Shown here: piece after piece, positions 12,360 to 26,239 of the stretch
Numbering within the stretch: the first letter of the stretch is position 1
Layout: each line of letters starts with the position of its first letter
Assembly (NCBI RefSeq): GCF_963921235.1
Contig: NC_086097.1
Coordinates: 173,726,001 to 173,790,000 of the forward strand
Reading direction: 5' to 3'
Origin: Mobula hypostoma
Taxonomy: Eukaryota
Length of the DNA stretch: 64,000 nucleotides
Made by a program: the position numbers and the translations under genes
The notes under the pieces: model-generated
The model's database searches: none
What the model was told of the DNA's origin: nothing
Seen by the model: only the letters and a program-made list of their open reading frames with translations

Positions 12360-13557
12360 AGCAACACACACAAAATGCTGGAGGAACTCAGCAGGTTAGG
12401 CAGCTGGTAAAAATTACAGTTGACGTTTCGGGCTGAAACCCTTTGGAAGGACTGGAGACAAAAGCTGAGGAGTAGATTTGAAAGGTGGGGGGGGGGGAGA
12501 GGAGAGAGAAACGCCAGGCAATAGGTGCAACTTGGAGGGGAAGTGATGAAGCAAAGAGCTAGTTAGTTGATCAGTGAAAGAGACAGAAGGCCATGGAGGA
12601 AAGAAGAAAAATGGGGGGGGCAGGGAGAAGAACTAGAAGGAGGCAATGGTTAGGCAATGAGATAACATGAGAGAGAGAATGGACAAGGAAGTCACATAGG
12701 GAGCGATCCCTGCAGGGGATTGTCCATTCCTCCCTCCCCACTGATCTCCCTCCTGGCAATTCTCCTTGCAAGCGGAACAAGTGCTACATCTGTTGCTACA
12801 CTTCCTCCCTCACTACCATTCAGGGCCCTAAACAATTCTTGAAGGTGAGGCGACACTTCACCTGTGAGTCTGCTGGGATCATATACTGTGTTCGGTGCTT
12901 CTGGTGTGGCCTCTTGTATATTGATGAGACCGAAGGAGATTGGGAGACTGCTTCGCCAAGCATCTATACTCCGTCTGCCAGAAGAAGTGGGATCTCCCAG
13001 TGCCACCCATTTTAATTCCACTTCCCATTCCCATTCTGATATGTCCATCCATGGCCTCCTCCACTGTCGGGATAAGGCCACACTTATGTTGGAAGAACAA
13101 CACCTTATATTCTGTTTGGGTAGCGTCCAATCTGATGGCATGAACGCCAATTTCTCAAATTTCCAGTAATGTCCCCCCTCCCACCCCATCACCATTTCCC
13201 ATCCCCTTGTCCTTCTCTCATGTTATCTCCTTGCCTGCCCATCGCCTTCCTCTGGTGCTCCTCCCCCCCCCACTTTTCTTCCTTCCATGCCCTTCTGTCA
13301 CCTTTCACTAATCAAATTCCCAGCTCTTCGCTTCATCCCTCTGCTTCCAAGTTGCACCTGTCACCTGGCGTTTCTATCTCCCCTCCTCCCACCTTTCAAA
13401 TCTACTCTTCAGCTTTTTTTCTCCAGTCCTGCCAAAGGGTATTGGCTTGAAGTGTCGACTGTACTTTTTTTTCTATAGATGCTGCCTGGCCTGCTGAGTT
13501 TCCCCCAGCATTTTGTGTGTGTTGCTCAGATTTCCAGCATCTGCAGATTTTCTCTTG
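12360..13557. mobile_element. Penelope-like element with inverted pLTRs and GIY-YIG remnant
   Basis: ATHFNSTSHSHSDMSIHGLLHC..LEEQHLIFCLG (ORF 12864-13169). Inverted arm 12360-~12719. TSD TTTTCAAAATTAA / TTTTCGAAATTAA at 12347-12359 and 13558-13570. Both hammerhead cores are mutated. Confidence 0.88.
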
Positions 13558-13642
13558 TTTTCGAAATTAAGTAGGGTGCCTGATTCACAACAAACCTCAT
13601 TTCTAACAGGAGCAAATTAGAGAATGTTATAGGTTGAATATT

Positions 13643-14072
13643 TATACTTTACACTTTATACTTTATTGTCGCCAAACAATTGATACTAGAGCGTCCAATC
13701 ATCACAGTGATATTTAATTCTGCGCTTCGCGTTCCCTGGAGTACAAATCAATATTAAATATTAAAAATTTAAATTATAAATCATAAATAGAAAATAGAAA
13801 AAGGAAAGTGAGGTAGTGCAAAAAAACCGAGAGGCAGGTCCGGATATTTGGAGGGTACGGCCCAGATCCGGGTCAGGATCCGTTCAGCAGTCTTATCACA
13901 GTTGGAAAGAAGCTGTTCCCAAATCTGGCCGTACGAGTCTTCAAGCTCCTGAACCTTCTCCCGGAGGGAAGAGGGGCGAAAAGTCTGTTGGCTGGGTGGG
14001 TCGTGTCCTTGATTATCCTGGCAGCACTGCTCCGACAGTGTGCGGTGTAAAGTGAGTCCAAGGACGGAAGAC
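13643..14072 (-). mobile_element. Rex1/Babar 3' fragment, same family as 2456-3877
   Basis: LPSLDSLYTAHCRSSAARIIKDTTHPAN..PLPSGRR..SFFP. 3' UTR and TAAAGTA tail closely match 3460-3877. Confidence 0.9.
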
Positions 14073-14519
14073 TTGAATTCAATTGTGTAATATAGTTGAT
14101 TAAATCCAACTTTTAATGCTCAAAGTATTTTAATTTCGCTTGCAGTTTCTAATTCAGCTGCAATAATCAGAGTTGCCAGACTTTGGACCTAATTTAAATA
14201 TTCTGATTTTTCAAATTAAATTTTACTAACTTGTTACAATATTTGAACAGTATGCAGCAACCTATCTCTCAAGGTTTATGCTGCTACTTTCTGGTTCAAA
14301 CTTTTAAAATCCCAGCTCTCCAATTAGGCAAAACTATGCTGGATCCAAAATTAATTATTTAGTTAAAAAAACTGCATTCACTTAAAATGATCAATGAATC
14401 ACATAGCCCAATCAGCTCAAAATCTCCAAACTAAGTCTTAATGCTGTTTTGAAAAATACAAGTGCACTGTGTAACACTCTATCTCAATTAAGGTCAGTGC
14501 TAAAAAGTTAGGTTAGGTC

Positions 14520-15120
14520 TAAGAACACTGAGGCTGTCTACAAGGGTCAGAGCCGTCTCTATTTCCTGAGGGGACTGAGGTCCTTTAACATCTACTGGAT
14601 GATGCTGAGGATGTTCTACGAGTCTGTGGTGGCCAGTGCTATCATGTTTGCTGTTGTGGGCTGGGGCAGCAGGCTGAGGGTAGCAGACACCAACAGAATC
14701 AACAAACTCATTCGTAAGGCCAGTGATGTTGTGGGGATGGAACTGGACTCTCTGACGGTGGTGTCTGAAAAGAGAATGCTGTCTAACTTGCATGTCATCT
14801 TGGTCAATGTCTCCCATCCACTACATAATGTACTGGGTGGGCACAGGAGTACATTCAGCCAGAGACTCATTCCACCGAGATGCAACACAGAGCGTCATAG
14901 GAAGTCATTCCTGCCTGTGGCCATCAAACTTTACAACTCCTCCCTTGGAGGGTCAGACACCCTGAGCCGATAGGCTGGTCCTGGACTTATTTCATAATTT
15001 ACTGGCATAACTTACATATTACTATTTAACTATTTATGATTCTATTACTATTTATTATTTATGGTGCAACTGTAACGAAAACCAATTTCCCCCGGGATCA
15101 ATAAAGTATGACTATGACTA
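14520..15120 (+). mobile_element. Rex1/Babar-type LINE 3' fragment (different family)
   Basis: ORF 14599-14973 MLRMFYESVVASAI..SHPLH..RKSFLPVAIKLYN; AATAAA followed by an (ATGACT)n tail. Confidence 0.85.
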
Positions 15121-16334
15121 AGTCTCGCCATTCTATGTGCAATTAAGTCAAAACTTACTTAATATAACTAAGCTGTAGAAAAGTTAAAACATAGCACAAA
15201 TGCAAAAGGCTGCAGATTCTGAAAATCTGAAATAGAAAGAGGAATATTTGAGAAATACTCAGATCATGTAATACTCTTAGAGGAAGTAACAGATTAACAT
15301 TTCACCCTCCTTTGAAAGCCTTGCCATTTCTCTCTCCATGAACGCTATATGACCCATCAGATGTTGCCTGTATTCTAGGACTTCACTGCTTTCAATTATG
15401 CCTCTCTGATATAAAAAATAGACATGCAAAAGTATATATTGTGTGAGAACATGGTGATACACAGCTGCAAAGCACACCATGTTAACATTCCCAAACTGGA
15501 GTTAAATTTGAAGGATTATTTTTAAGTTATGGTAGCAGAGATGTGTCAACATGTACTGAATATAGTTTGCATGCTAACATCTTAAGGGGACATAAAATTG
15601 GGGGGTGGGGTGAGATGGATTCAGGATGTAAAAAAGCAGCAGCTCCTTTCAATCTTTTTAACCACATTAATTAGTTAACATATTGCTACCTATGTAATTT
15701 CAAATTAGCACACTTTTTCTGATCTGGTGTTTATTGATACCACAAGAGTCAAATTCATTGCTATGTGACTATAAAATTATCATACCTATAACGTGTTTAG
15801 AAGATTTCCAAATTGAGCTGCAATCCATATCCAATGAGTCTAATGCAAATAAGGTGTGGTTTCACTTTAACCAAAACAATACAATAGATTTGATTAGAAA
15901 AGATAGTTTTTACTTTTTTGAGACTCTGCAGCCAGCATAATCAAAGACCCCACCTATTCTAGACATTCTTTCTTCATATCCCCTCCCCTGCCATCAGGCA
16001 AAAGGTGTAAAAGCCTAAAAGCATGTACCATCAGCCTCAAGGACAACTTCTATCCTGCTGTTACAAGATTACTGTAACGCCCCCTTGTACAATTAGTGGA
16101 CTCTTGACTTTTTTTATATCATCATGGCCTTGCACCTTATTACCTGCCTGCATTGCACTTTCTGTAACACAAAACAACACTTCTCACCAAACCTCAATAC
16201 ATGTAACAATAATGTGACAATGAAGATCATAACTAGTAACCAAAATTCACCCCATTATACTTTGTCAATAGAAACAACTTCAAGCAGTGCACCTGTGAAT
16301 ATTTGAGTCACAAAACTACATTTTGCACCCACAA

Positions 16335-16760
16335 ATCGCAGGACTTTGCAGACAGTGGTGCGGACAGCCAGCACATCTGTGGATGTGAACATCCCACTAC
16401 TCAGGACATATACAGTGTCCTTTTTGTTTGTGTACGTAAAAAGGGCCCAAAGGGTCATTGGGGACCCAAGTCACCTCAACCACAAACTGTTCCAACTGCT
16501 ACCATATAGAAAACGGTACAACATTAAAACCAGGAACAACAGGCTCCGGGACAGCTTCCTCCACCAGGCCATCAGACTGATTAATTCATGCTGATACAAT
16601 TGTATTTCTAAGCTATATTGACTGTTCTGTTGTATATCTTACTGTATATACTACTGATTACAAATTACTATAAACTGCACGTTGCATATTCAGATGGAGG
16701 TGTAAAGATTTTTACTCCTTATGTATGTGAAGGATGCAAGAAATAAAGTCAATTCAATTC
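16335..16760 (+). mobile_element. Rex1/Babar 3' fragment
   Basis: LQTVVRTA..IGDPSHLNHKLFQLLP..DSFLHQAIRLIN; AATAAA followed by an (AATTC)n tail. Confidence 0.8.
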
Positions 16761-17169
16761 ACAAACCAATAGAAATACATCATCAGTTAATGTAACATAT
16801 GTTACAATCTCAGAAAAAGGATCAATTCTCAGGAAATTTTGAGCACTTTAAATTGTGCAGTAGCATATTTAGTTGTATATGAGGAAAAAGCAGTTATTTA
16901 CTGATACTTAAAGAAAATACACATCAAAGAACCATTAAATTTAGGAAGCAATGACCACGTGAGCTGATCAAAAGCCCACTTCTCAAGTTGCAGTTTAATC
17001 ACTATTTAAAATACTGTTCTTATAACTTGAAGATATAATCTCACCTGACTATCCTGGTCAGTTAGGTGAAAGAGAGGGCAACAGGTCAAGGCCCAGAAGG
17101 CTATAAAAACTTTTGTTTGTGTAGTTCAAGGGGAGGGAAGCAAACATCAAAGAGAAAATAAAGCAATAC

Positions 17170-17257
17170 CTTTGCCAGCACTGCACTCCATTGTATACAG
17201 GTAATCCATGTAGAAAGCTCCAAAACGCTGCACACCAGCTATCTCTGTGTATGTCTC
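17170..17257 (-). CDS. VPS13B: VPS13B internal coding exon (probably exon 12 equivalent)
   Basis: 88 nt, pyrimidine-rich tract+cag|...|gtattg. Translates ETYTEIAGVQRFGAFYMDYLYTMECSAGK+G (phase 1 end), matching recalled ETYTEIAGMQRFGAFYMDYLYTME. Confidence 0.95.
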
Positions 17258-18810
17258 CTGCCAACAAAGAAAGACAAATAAAACTTAAGTTCCAGAAGGA
17301 TGGAGTTCAGAGATTACAGCCCTATACAGGGATGCCTATTTATATTTGTGTAGCCATTACACAAAGACTTATCAGGGAAAGAGTACAGAGGTTATCTTAA
17401 GCACCCTCCAATTCAAGTAACATGACATAGTACAGAGAGCAATACAATTTGGGTTACTACTTCACCAGTTAATATATAATTTTAGTTACATTGAGAGTCA
17501 GTGATCTCTCAGTATTTTTTCCCAAATGTAGCTTAGAATTCAATTATACTCATGCTATTTGTTGAAGTGTGGCATCTGTATTCAGGAATACAATGCAAAT
17601 CTGCCTCAAAAATTACCTGCATATGATAGAACTTCAACAAGAATACAGATTGGCCAGTGTTCAATCACCAAAACTGTGCTTGTACCACCCTAAAGTTTTC
17701 TGTCAAGTAAATGACAATTACAACTAATAGCTTACAGTAAAATCAATACTCTTCGCTTTCTCTCCCATTAGTACCTTCCGCCACTCAAAGGTGGAATTCA
17801 CTTTTAATTATACTGCAGGGTTTGTGAAACAGAATCTCCATACACAGGTTTATTTTAAACTGCATTGTAGGGTTTAGTGTACATCTTTTAAAATGAAACT
17901 TTCGCAAGATTTTATTTACCTGTAGCTCTAAGCGAAGCAAAATATAACATGGGTGCTTCAACTTTAACGTTCACTTCAACGTTAAGCAGAGAATGGTACA
18001 AAAGTTAAAAACAGCATTGTAGTCTATCTCTCCAATTCTGAAGATACAAAAATGCTCTAGCATTCCCCCATTATCCTTTACTTCAAAACAAACCTATCCA
18101 ACTTTAGCTTCAATTGTCCTGTAGGATCCTCACTGTCTTCCTGGGTAATCTTGTTCATCTGTCCACCAACTAATTGCTGACTACGTCTCCACAAAGGCAA
18201 ATTGATAATTCTTGATCAACTTGTGCCACTCTAAGTTTAGATTAGTCCTATCCTTTACAATGTTTTACAGCAACTTTCCTATTCCTGACATGATATTACT
18301 GGACTAATATCCTGGTTTATCCCTGCAGCCCTCTTGAATAAGGGTACCATATTTGTTGTCACTAATGTGGCCAAACAAAATTCGAAAATTTCTGCAATCT
18401 TAACTCGCACGACAGCCTCAAAAATCATCAGACCCTGGGGATTTATTCAGTTTTAACTCCTCAAAATCTAAGATGTCCTCTTGTTCATTGACAGTGTACT
18501 CTAGAACTATGATAGAGATGTACAAAATCATAAAACACACAGATAAGATGAATGTATGCAGTGTTTTTCTCCCCCAGGAAAAGGCAATCAAAATCTCGAA
18601 GGCAAAGGTTTAAGGTGATGAAGTTCAGATCTGTGAAAAAGTTTTGATTTCAAAGGGTCTCAAAGGGCATCATTTTCATGCATGTACATAGAATCAGCTG
18701 CCAGAGTGAGTGATTGAGCCAGGTACAATAATAAAATTTAAAAGAGATTTAAACAGGTACATGGATAAGAAAGATTGAGAGGAATATAAGTCAAATACGA
18801 TTGAAAGAGG

Positions 18811-19629
18811 CGGTGTGCAGTTAAGATGGACCAAAATGGCAACTTCTTTGCTTGCATCTTTGGAAACAGCTCTATTCCCATCTTTAATATGTTTATTTTC
18901 CCTTTCAGGGTTTTTGGAAGACCCTGACCTGGAGTTACGTGCTGAATTCGGTTCTTTGCGGGAATGGAACCCGTTCTCAGTGTTTCAGGACTGGCCAAGG
19001 GTTCGGCCTGAGAGCCGGGCTTGAATTCGGAAGTCTAAGATCTCGGGGCTCTGGAGACAGGCGGATTGAGGGTCGGTGTCAAGTTAGGAGACCTGTGTGT
19101 CATCAGGAGAGTCAGGATATCTGCTGTGGGCCCAAAGACCTGGGATCTTTGCGATCTTCAAGCACAGTGCTTGAAAAAAGCAACGTAACGGACTTTTTAA
19201 TGTGGTAAACCAGGGGGTTGTTTGTTAAATCTCCGTGCTGGCTGGGAAAATGGAGACAACTTTTTCTCCCTTATTAGGGAGACAGAGAATCTGCGGTATT
19301 TCGAATGTTGGGCGTAATGCAAAGTCTTTGGGAGAACAGCAAGTCTGTGTCTGTGGAATTGCTTTGCTCATGCTTGAATGCTTGGTGATGGTGCCGATGC
19401 TTGCTTTTTTTTTGCCGTTGGGGGGAGGGGGGATTTTTGCTCACTGCCACTTCTGTGCGGGAAGTGGGGAGCTGGGGGGGACTTTGGGGTTCTTAGGTTT
19501 ATCTGTCGTTCATTCCTTGGGGCACTTCTCTGTTTTCGTGGATGGTTGCAAAGAAAAATCACTTCAGGATGTATATTGTATACATTTCTCTGACATTACA
19601 TTGGACCTTTGAATCTCTGAACCTTTGAA
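18811..19629 (+). mobile_element. Non-coding retroelement (~0.8 kb) inserted into an old CR1 3' end
   Basis: Starts near AAGATGG and ends in a (CTTTGAA)-like short-repeat tail. CR1 3'-UTR sequence before 18800 resumes at ~19630. Confidence 0.55.
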
Positions 19630-19879
19630 ATGCTGGCAAATGGGTCTGGCTTAAATAGTCTTATTGGTTGGCATGAACAAGTTGGGCTGAATGGCCTGTA
19701 CCCTTGCTGTGGAGCTCTACTAATCTAAGGTCTCCATTCCCTCCCTTATTTCGTAAACTACATTGTCATTCTCCATAGTGAATACAGGTGCCAAGTAGTA
19801 TTTTAAGACCTCACCCACATCCTCTGGCTCCAGGCACAGATTGCCACTCTGCAAATACGAATCACAACAATGTACGCAG

Positions 19880-20375
19880 TCAAAATCAGAATCAGAATCA
19901 GGTTTATTATCAATGGCATGTGACGTGAAACTTGTTAACTTAGTAGCAGCAGTTCAATGCATTACATAATATAGAAGAAAATAAATAAATAAATAAATCT
20001 TATTCAGTATAATGTACGTATATTGAATAGATCAAAAGTCGTGCAAAAAACAGAAATACTATATACTAAAAAAAGTGAGGTAGTGTCCCACGGGTTCAAC
20101 GTCCATTTAGAAATTGGATGGCAGAGGAGAAGAAGCCGTTACTGAATCGCTGAGTGTGTGCCCCCAGGGTTCTGCACATGCCACCCGATGGCAACAGTGA
20201 GAAAAGGGCATGCCCCGGGTGCTGGATGTCCCCAATAATGGATGCTGCCTTTCTGAGACACCACTCCATGAAGATGTCCTAGGCACTCTGCAGGTTAGTA
20301 CCCAAGATGGAGCTGACTTAATTTACAACACTCTGAAGCCTCTTTCGGTCCTATACAGTAGCCCCACGCCCCCCA
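19880..20375 (-). mobile_element. Rex1/Babar 3' fragment
   Basis: (AATCAG)n tail and TTTATT at 19883-19910. Minus strand carries LRKAASIIGDIQHPGHALFSLLPSG-type sequence. Confidence 0.8.
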
Positions 20376-20584
20376 CCACCAGACAGGAAAGGAATGGGTT
20401 CCATTTTTACAGATATCAGTTAGCTGATTTTGTCAAGGAGTTGGAAAATTACAAAATTACTCAAAATAATAGCCATGCCTCCACAGTATTGTAATGATTG
20501 ACAATGAAAACAAATGTCTAATAAGAAAGAACAACTACTTAATGTAGAGAAGAATAAATATTTCTGCTATTTGTAGCACCAAAA

Positions 20585-22980
20585 GACATGAGAGAATAGG
20601 ACCAATCAAGTATGACAGTGGAAAACTGTGTATGAAACCGGAGGAGATAGCAGAGGTAATTAATGAATACTTTGCTTCAGTATTCATGACAGAAAAGGAC
20701 CTTGGCAATTGTAGGGATGACTAACAGCAGATTGAAAAGCTTGAGCATATAGATATTAAGAAAGAGGATGTGCTGGAGCATTTGGAAAGCATCAAGTTGG
20801 ATAAGTCACCAGGACCAGATGAGTTATACCCCAGGCTACTGTGGGAGGCAAGGGAGGAGATTGCTGCATCATCAATGGGGACGGGAGAGGTTCCAGAGGA
20901 TTACAGGCTTGCAGATGTTGTTTCCTTTTTCAAGAAAGGGAGTAGAGACAGCCCAGGAAATTATAGACCAGTGAGTCTTACTTCAGTGGTTGGTAAGATG
21001 ATGGAGTAGATTCTGAGAGGCAGGATTTATGAACATTTGGAGAGGCATTATATGATTAGGAGTAGTCAGCATGGCTTTGTCAAAGGCAGGTCATGCCTTA
21101 CGAGCCTGACTGAATTTTCTGAAAATGTGACTAAATACATTGATGAAGGTAGAACAGTAGATGTAGTGCATATGGATTTCAGCAAGGCATTTGATAGGGC
21201 ACCCCATCCAAGGCTTATTGAGAAAGTAAGGAGGCATGGGATCCAACGGGACCTTGCTTTGTGGATCCAGAATTTGGTGCCTACAGAAAGCAAAGAGTGG
21301 TTGTAGACGGGTCATATTCTGCATGGAAGCTGGTGACCAGTGGTGTGCCTCAAGGATCTGTTCCGGGACCCTTTCTCTTCATGATTTTTATAAATGACCT
21401 GGGTGAGGAAGTGGAGGGATGAGTTAGTAAATCTGCTGATGACACAAAGGTTGCGGGTGTTGTGGATAGGGTAGAGAGCTGTCAGAGGTTACAGCGGGAC
21501 ATTGATAGGATGCAAAACTGGGCTGAGAAGTGGCAGATGGAGTTCAACCCAGATAAGTGCGAGGTGGTTCATTTTGGTAGGTCAAATATGATGGCAAAAT
21601 ATAGCATTAATGGTAAGACTCTTGGCAGTGTGGAGGATCAGAGTGATCTTGCGGTCAGTGTCCTTAGGACACTCAAAGCTGCTGTGCAGGTTGACTGTGT
21701 GGTTAAGGAGGCATACATTCCCCATCATATTCAGGGTATTTCATTTTCAAACCAATATGTAATTGCATTCGTTACATTGTTGGCAAGAAGAGCTATTTTA
21801 TTGAAGTGGAAAGATACTTCTGCTCCTACACTAATTCAATGGTTTTCCCAAGTAATGTTATGTCTTAGTTTGGAAAAATTAGAAGTAGAACTTTTGATCC
21901 CCGATTTGATTTTGAGAGAAGGTGGGGCTCTTTTGCTAAATATTATCATTTAATTTGAATTAACTTACATGGTTTCCTTCCAATTTTATGTTATATAAAT
22001 GTGATTTGGCAGTTGTTGTTTTCTTTTTCTTCTTTTATTTTTTTATATATATATATATATATATAAATAAATGATTGTAAGACATATTGCTCCTGGAGTT
22101 GGTTCCTAATGGTTGTTTTTTCTCTTTTTTTTGTTTTGTAATTAGTGGAGTTTTTTTTAATTAGTTAGGGTTCTCTTTTTTCCTTTTTCTTTTATAATTT
22201 CTTTTTCATTAGCATATGTAAGATTTTTTCTTCAGCTTTATTAAATATATATATAATTTGTTGAATTTCTGTATTTTATAGTTGTAGAAGATTATATGTC
22301 AATAAAAAGATTTAAAAATGAAATGAAGAAGGGATACAGTGCATTGGCCTTTGTCAACCATGGGACTGAATTCAGGAGCTAAGAGGTAATATTACAGCTG
22401 TAAAGGACGCTGGTCAGACCCCACTTGGAGTACTGTGCTCAGTTCTAGTCACCTCACTGCAGGAAGGATGTGGATACCATAGAAAGGGTGCAGAAGAGAT
22501 TTACAAGGATGTTCCCTGGATTGAGAGCATGCCTTGTGAGAATAGGTTGAGTCAACTGGGCCTTTTCTCCTTGGAGCGACAGAGGATGAGAGGTGACCTG
22601 AAAGAAGCATATAAGATGATGAGAGGGATTGATCATATGGATAGTCAGAGCCTTTATCCTAGGGCTGAAATGGCTAACCCGAGAGGGCACAGTTTTAGGT
22701 GCTTGGAAGTAGGTACAGAGGGTATGTCAGGAGTAAGTTTTTTTTTTGTTTTTTTGTTTTTTTTTTACGCACAGTGGTGAGTGTGTGGATTGGGCTGCCG
22801 GCGACTGTGGTGGAGGCGGATACAATAGGGTCTTTTAAGAGACTCCTGGATAGATACATGGACGTAGAAAAATAGAGGGCTATGGGTAATCCTAGATAAT
22901 TTCTGAAGTAAGTACATGTTCAGCACAGCATTGTGGGCCAAAGGACCTGTATTGTGCTGTAGGTTTTCTATGTTTCTAAA
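20585..22980 (+). mobile_element. CR1 LINE 3' part (RT plus 3' UTR), degraded and interrupted by an L1 fragment
   Basis: KSPGPDELYPR..NYRPVSLTSVVGK, QHGFVKGRSCLT..DFSKAFD, ADDTK, WAEKWQMEFNPDKC; TTTCTATG tail repeats near 22965-22978. Confidence 0.92.
21717..22325 (+). mobile_element. L1/Tx1-clade LINE 3' fragment
   Basis: IAFVTLLARRAILLKWKDTSAPTLIQWFSQVMLCLSLEK is typical of fish L1 ORF2 C-termini. T-rich 3' UTR, AATAAA and A-rich tail. Imperfect duplication AAGGAGGCATAC / AAGAAGGGATAC at the flanks. Confidence 0.8.
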
Positions 22981-23795
22981 AGTATGCATGCAAGTTGGAC
23001 TTCTGAATTTCATAAAGTTATGGGCACTCACTCGTACATAAGTGTCTATAACACGAACATTCATAACCCAGGAACAGCCTGTAATCCTGTATTAACCTAT
23101 GAGATATATCCCTTTGTTTTAGCTATCTTTCCCCACCTACTCTGCAACTAATTTGTTTTCTCACTTTTCCAGTTTTGATGAAAGATCTTCAAGCCGAAAC
23201 ATTCGCAGTTTCACTTTCCACAAATGCTGCCTAGCCTGCAGAGTTTTGTTTCATTTTACTACACCCATCCCCCCGGTCCCTCTGATTCTCTCACTGTGTC
23301 AGTAAATTATGGCCAAGACTCTCACATTTCTTTCCGTACTTCTCTCAGCAACCAGGATGCAGCCAATCTAGACTAGGAGGTTTATCCATTTGAAGTGCAC
23401 TTCATATTTCCTCCTTGTACCTTCTTTGGTCTCTGACAAAAAGCAAGTTAGGGTAACTGTGAAGAGGACTGTTAAGTATTTCAAGCTAACTAATGAATGA
23501 AATCTGCCACACAAAGATATCAGATATTAGTATTTTTGGAGAAAAAGTAGGCAAAGTACATCGATACTATATGCCTTCAGAAAAGCAGAGGATCATGATT
23601 CTAATTATTAAAATAAAAAAATCAAGGTCCGGTTTTGGATACATTCCTCTGGACAATATCAAATTCATGGAAAAAATACACTCCCAACAATATCATTCAA
23701 TGACATTAGAAATTTAGGCCACTTTTAATATCGGCAGTGAAAAACTGTCTTCTAAACGAAAATGGTAAAACCTCTTTCCACTGAGAAAATCAGGA

Positions 23796-24470
23796 GAAGG
23801 GGAAGATGGCGGTGCGACACAGCTCGCAGCGGCCACTCTGGTGAATGATATCTGTAATTTGTCAAGTAGGGTGCCATGCACAATCCTGATTTGATGGAGA
23901 CAGACATGACAGCACAGAGGAACATCTGGTGAAACTTCTGAAATGCCTTCTTCGCTGCCGCTGCTACTGTGTGGTAACCAGAATCTCTGGAGAAGGCCCC
24001 GAGTCCTCGGCTTTGCTTGTTGCTCGGCGGCCGGGGCGGTGTCGAAGCGCTCGGCAGAGATGGTGCTCGGTGTAGGGGGGCTGGTCAGAGGCTCGAAGTT
24101 TTCTGACGGACTCAGAGTCGGCTATGGTCGGGTGCTTCCAATGCATCGGCAGTTGTCGGCGCCTGGAGATTTATGGCAGGGAGAGTTTCTCCCTTTTGCC
24201 GCCTGCTATCAGGACTATCGGGAGTCAATCGGAACTTTGAGACTTTTCTTTTTACTGTGCCCATGGTCTGCTCTTTATCAAATTATGGCATTGCTTTGCA
24301 CAACTGTAACTATATGCTATCATTATGTGGTCTTGTCAGTGTTAGTCTTTGGTTTATCCTGTTTTTCTTGTGATATCACTCTGGAGAAACATTGTATCAT
24401 TTCTTAATGCATGCATTTCTAAATGACAATAAATGAAGACTGAGTGTCCTCATAATCTAATCTAATCTAA
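23796..24470 (+). mobile_element. Non-autonomous ~670-bp retroelement, copy 1
   Basis: Starts GAAGATGGCGG, CpG-rich body, ends AATAAA..(TAATC)n. Collinear with 30278-30945. Confidence 0.8.
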
Positions 24471-26239
24471 ATACAAGGAAACTGTATAATTGAAAGAAAA
24501 TAAATATTTTATGCTTTTAACTTTTCAAACCAATCCCGACAATCTGAATTCAAAAGAATGTGATTAGAAATATCAAAAGATTTATCATAAAATGCATTCA
24601 TCATTTAAGTGATAAAATGAAACTACACTGCATTGCTGGTTACAGTTAACATTTAAAGAATTTTTTTACACAATTTAATGTTTCTTCAAAAGTAGTTGCA
24701 TTGCACAAATTTATAAGACTGGTGTGCCGTTGAAACAAAAAAAACGCAACACTCAGACACATAGCAACAACCGTGGATAGAGAGAGTCAACATGTGCGCT
24801 GCAACCAATTCTGATGAAACAATGCTTAACATGAATATTAATTCTTTGTTAAAAAAAATACTACACATCTGCTGAAGGTTTCCAACATTTTATCATAATT
24901 TTATTTATCTAACATCTGTCAGATTGATGCCAAATACATCAGTTTGCCTTCATTATTTAACACAATATGAGGATATGCTTCGACAAACATATTGCCAACA
25001 TGGCATGCAGATCTTGGAAAAGAATGTATATTCATTTTCCCCACATTTCTGCACTTTGTATCTTGATTAAGCACGTAAATTCCAGGCTTTTGTTCAAAGA
25101 ATTATGGCCAGCCACAACAATGGAAACGGCACAATTCCAGTGACAGTTTCAATCCTGGCCAAATGTTAATGGTAAATCAGAAAAGACACGCAAATCAAAT
25201 TTGATAATAAAAATGAAATAGTATTTTAAAACAGCTCAAATTATGAACATAAAAATCAAAATGAGTAGACTAAAATTCTTTTCTCTAGCAGGAGGAAGAA
25301 CAAGAGATAATCTAACAGAAATTTTTAAGATTTTAAGACCTTGACTGGTTAGGGTAAATGGGAAACGGGGGGGAGCTTTCTATTTTGGAGGAAACCAACA
25401 TTACAAGCCAGAAAGATTATCACTAATAGTGTAAAAGGGAATTCAGAAGAGACATTCTTCCCCCAGATAGTGAGTGTAATGTAGAACCCATTAAGACCAG
25501 AAGCAATTGAAGTAAATAGCAGAGATACATTGTAAAAAAACTAGGTAAGTATACCCACACCAACACTTTAACTGAAACAACAGCAATGTACCTTGCCAAC
25601 ATATCTACAATGGATAAAGATAAACCACTTATCTCAAAGAAGATTAACTGAGAGGAAAAGCCCGCCTACACCCTGCCACCACAAATTTTGAACAGACCGT
25701 TGAACAAAAGTTCAACATCAAAATCCACATCATCGATGACAATAAACTTCCGTTTTAAGTTCTGCCACTGTCACTGAAATCTCAACTGACGGCAAACATC
25801 AGAGATTACTTAGGAAGTAGGAGCAAGTGTAATCTCTTTCTCCACCATTCAAGATCATGATCCTGCTTGATATCTGTCCTACCTGACCCAACAAACCACT
25901 AATCTTCAACATGAGTAGGCTCAGCAACTGAGCATCCATGTTTCTCTGTGGTGAAGGACAATTTCAAAGATTCACTTCCCTTTGGAAAGGAAATTCCTTC
26001 ACTTTCTTAATAATTATATGAAAGCATTTGCTCTGATATTAATGTTAATTTCGCTATCCTTCTTAAAGGTGCACTTTAAAGCTCCCTCATTTGGTTAAGA
26101 CTTGTGTTTGCATTAATAATTCTATACTGGCTCAAAGATATTGCTGGTGTGAAGCTTGAAACATTTTCTTTATTAAAGGTGTGAAGGTATGATGCAAAGG
26201 TGTAAATGTAAATGATGATGATGAATTGAGAAAAAAATC

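Noticed and set aside
15277..15480. Exon-like minus-strand ORF (..QRGIIESSEVLEYRQHLMGHIAFMERE..)
   Set aside because: No resemblance to the expected next VPS13B exon. The DNA looks like a decayed pLTR-type repeat and no convincing splice pair was found.
21462..21953. 163-aa ORF that looks like a novel RT fusion protein
   Set aside because: Chance in-frame junction between a dead CR1 RT and an inserted L1 3' fragment. The upstream CR1 frame is broken.
23943..24407. 154-aa ORF in the 670-bp element
   Set aside because: The frame is not preserved in the second copy (30278-30945) and has no recognisable domain.
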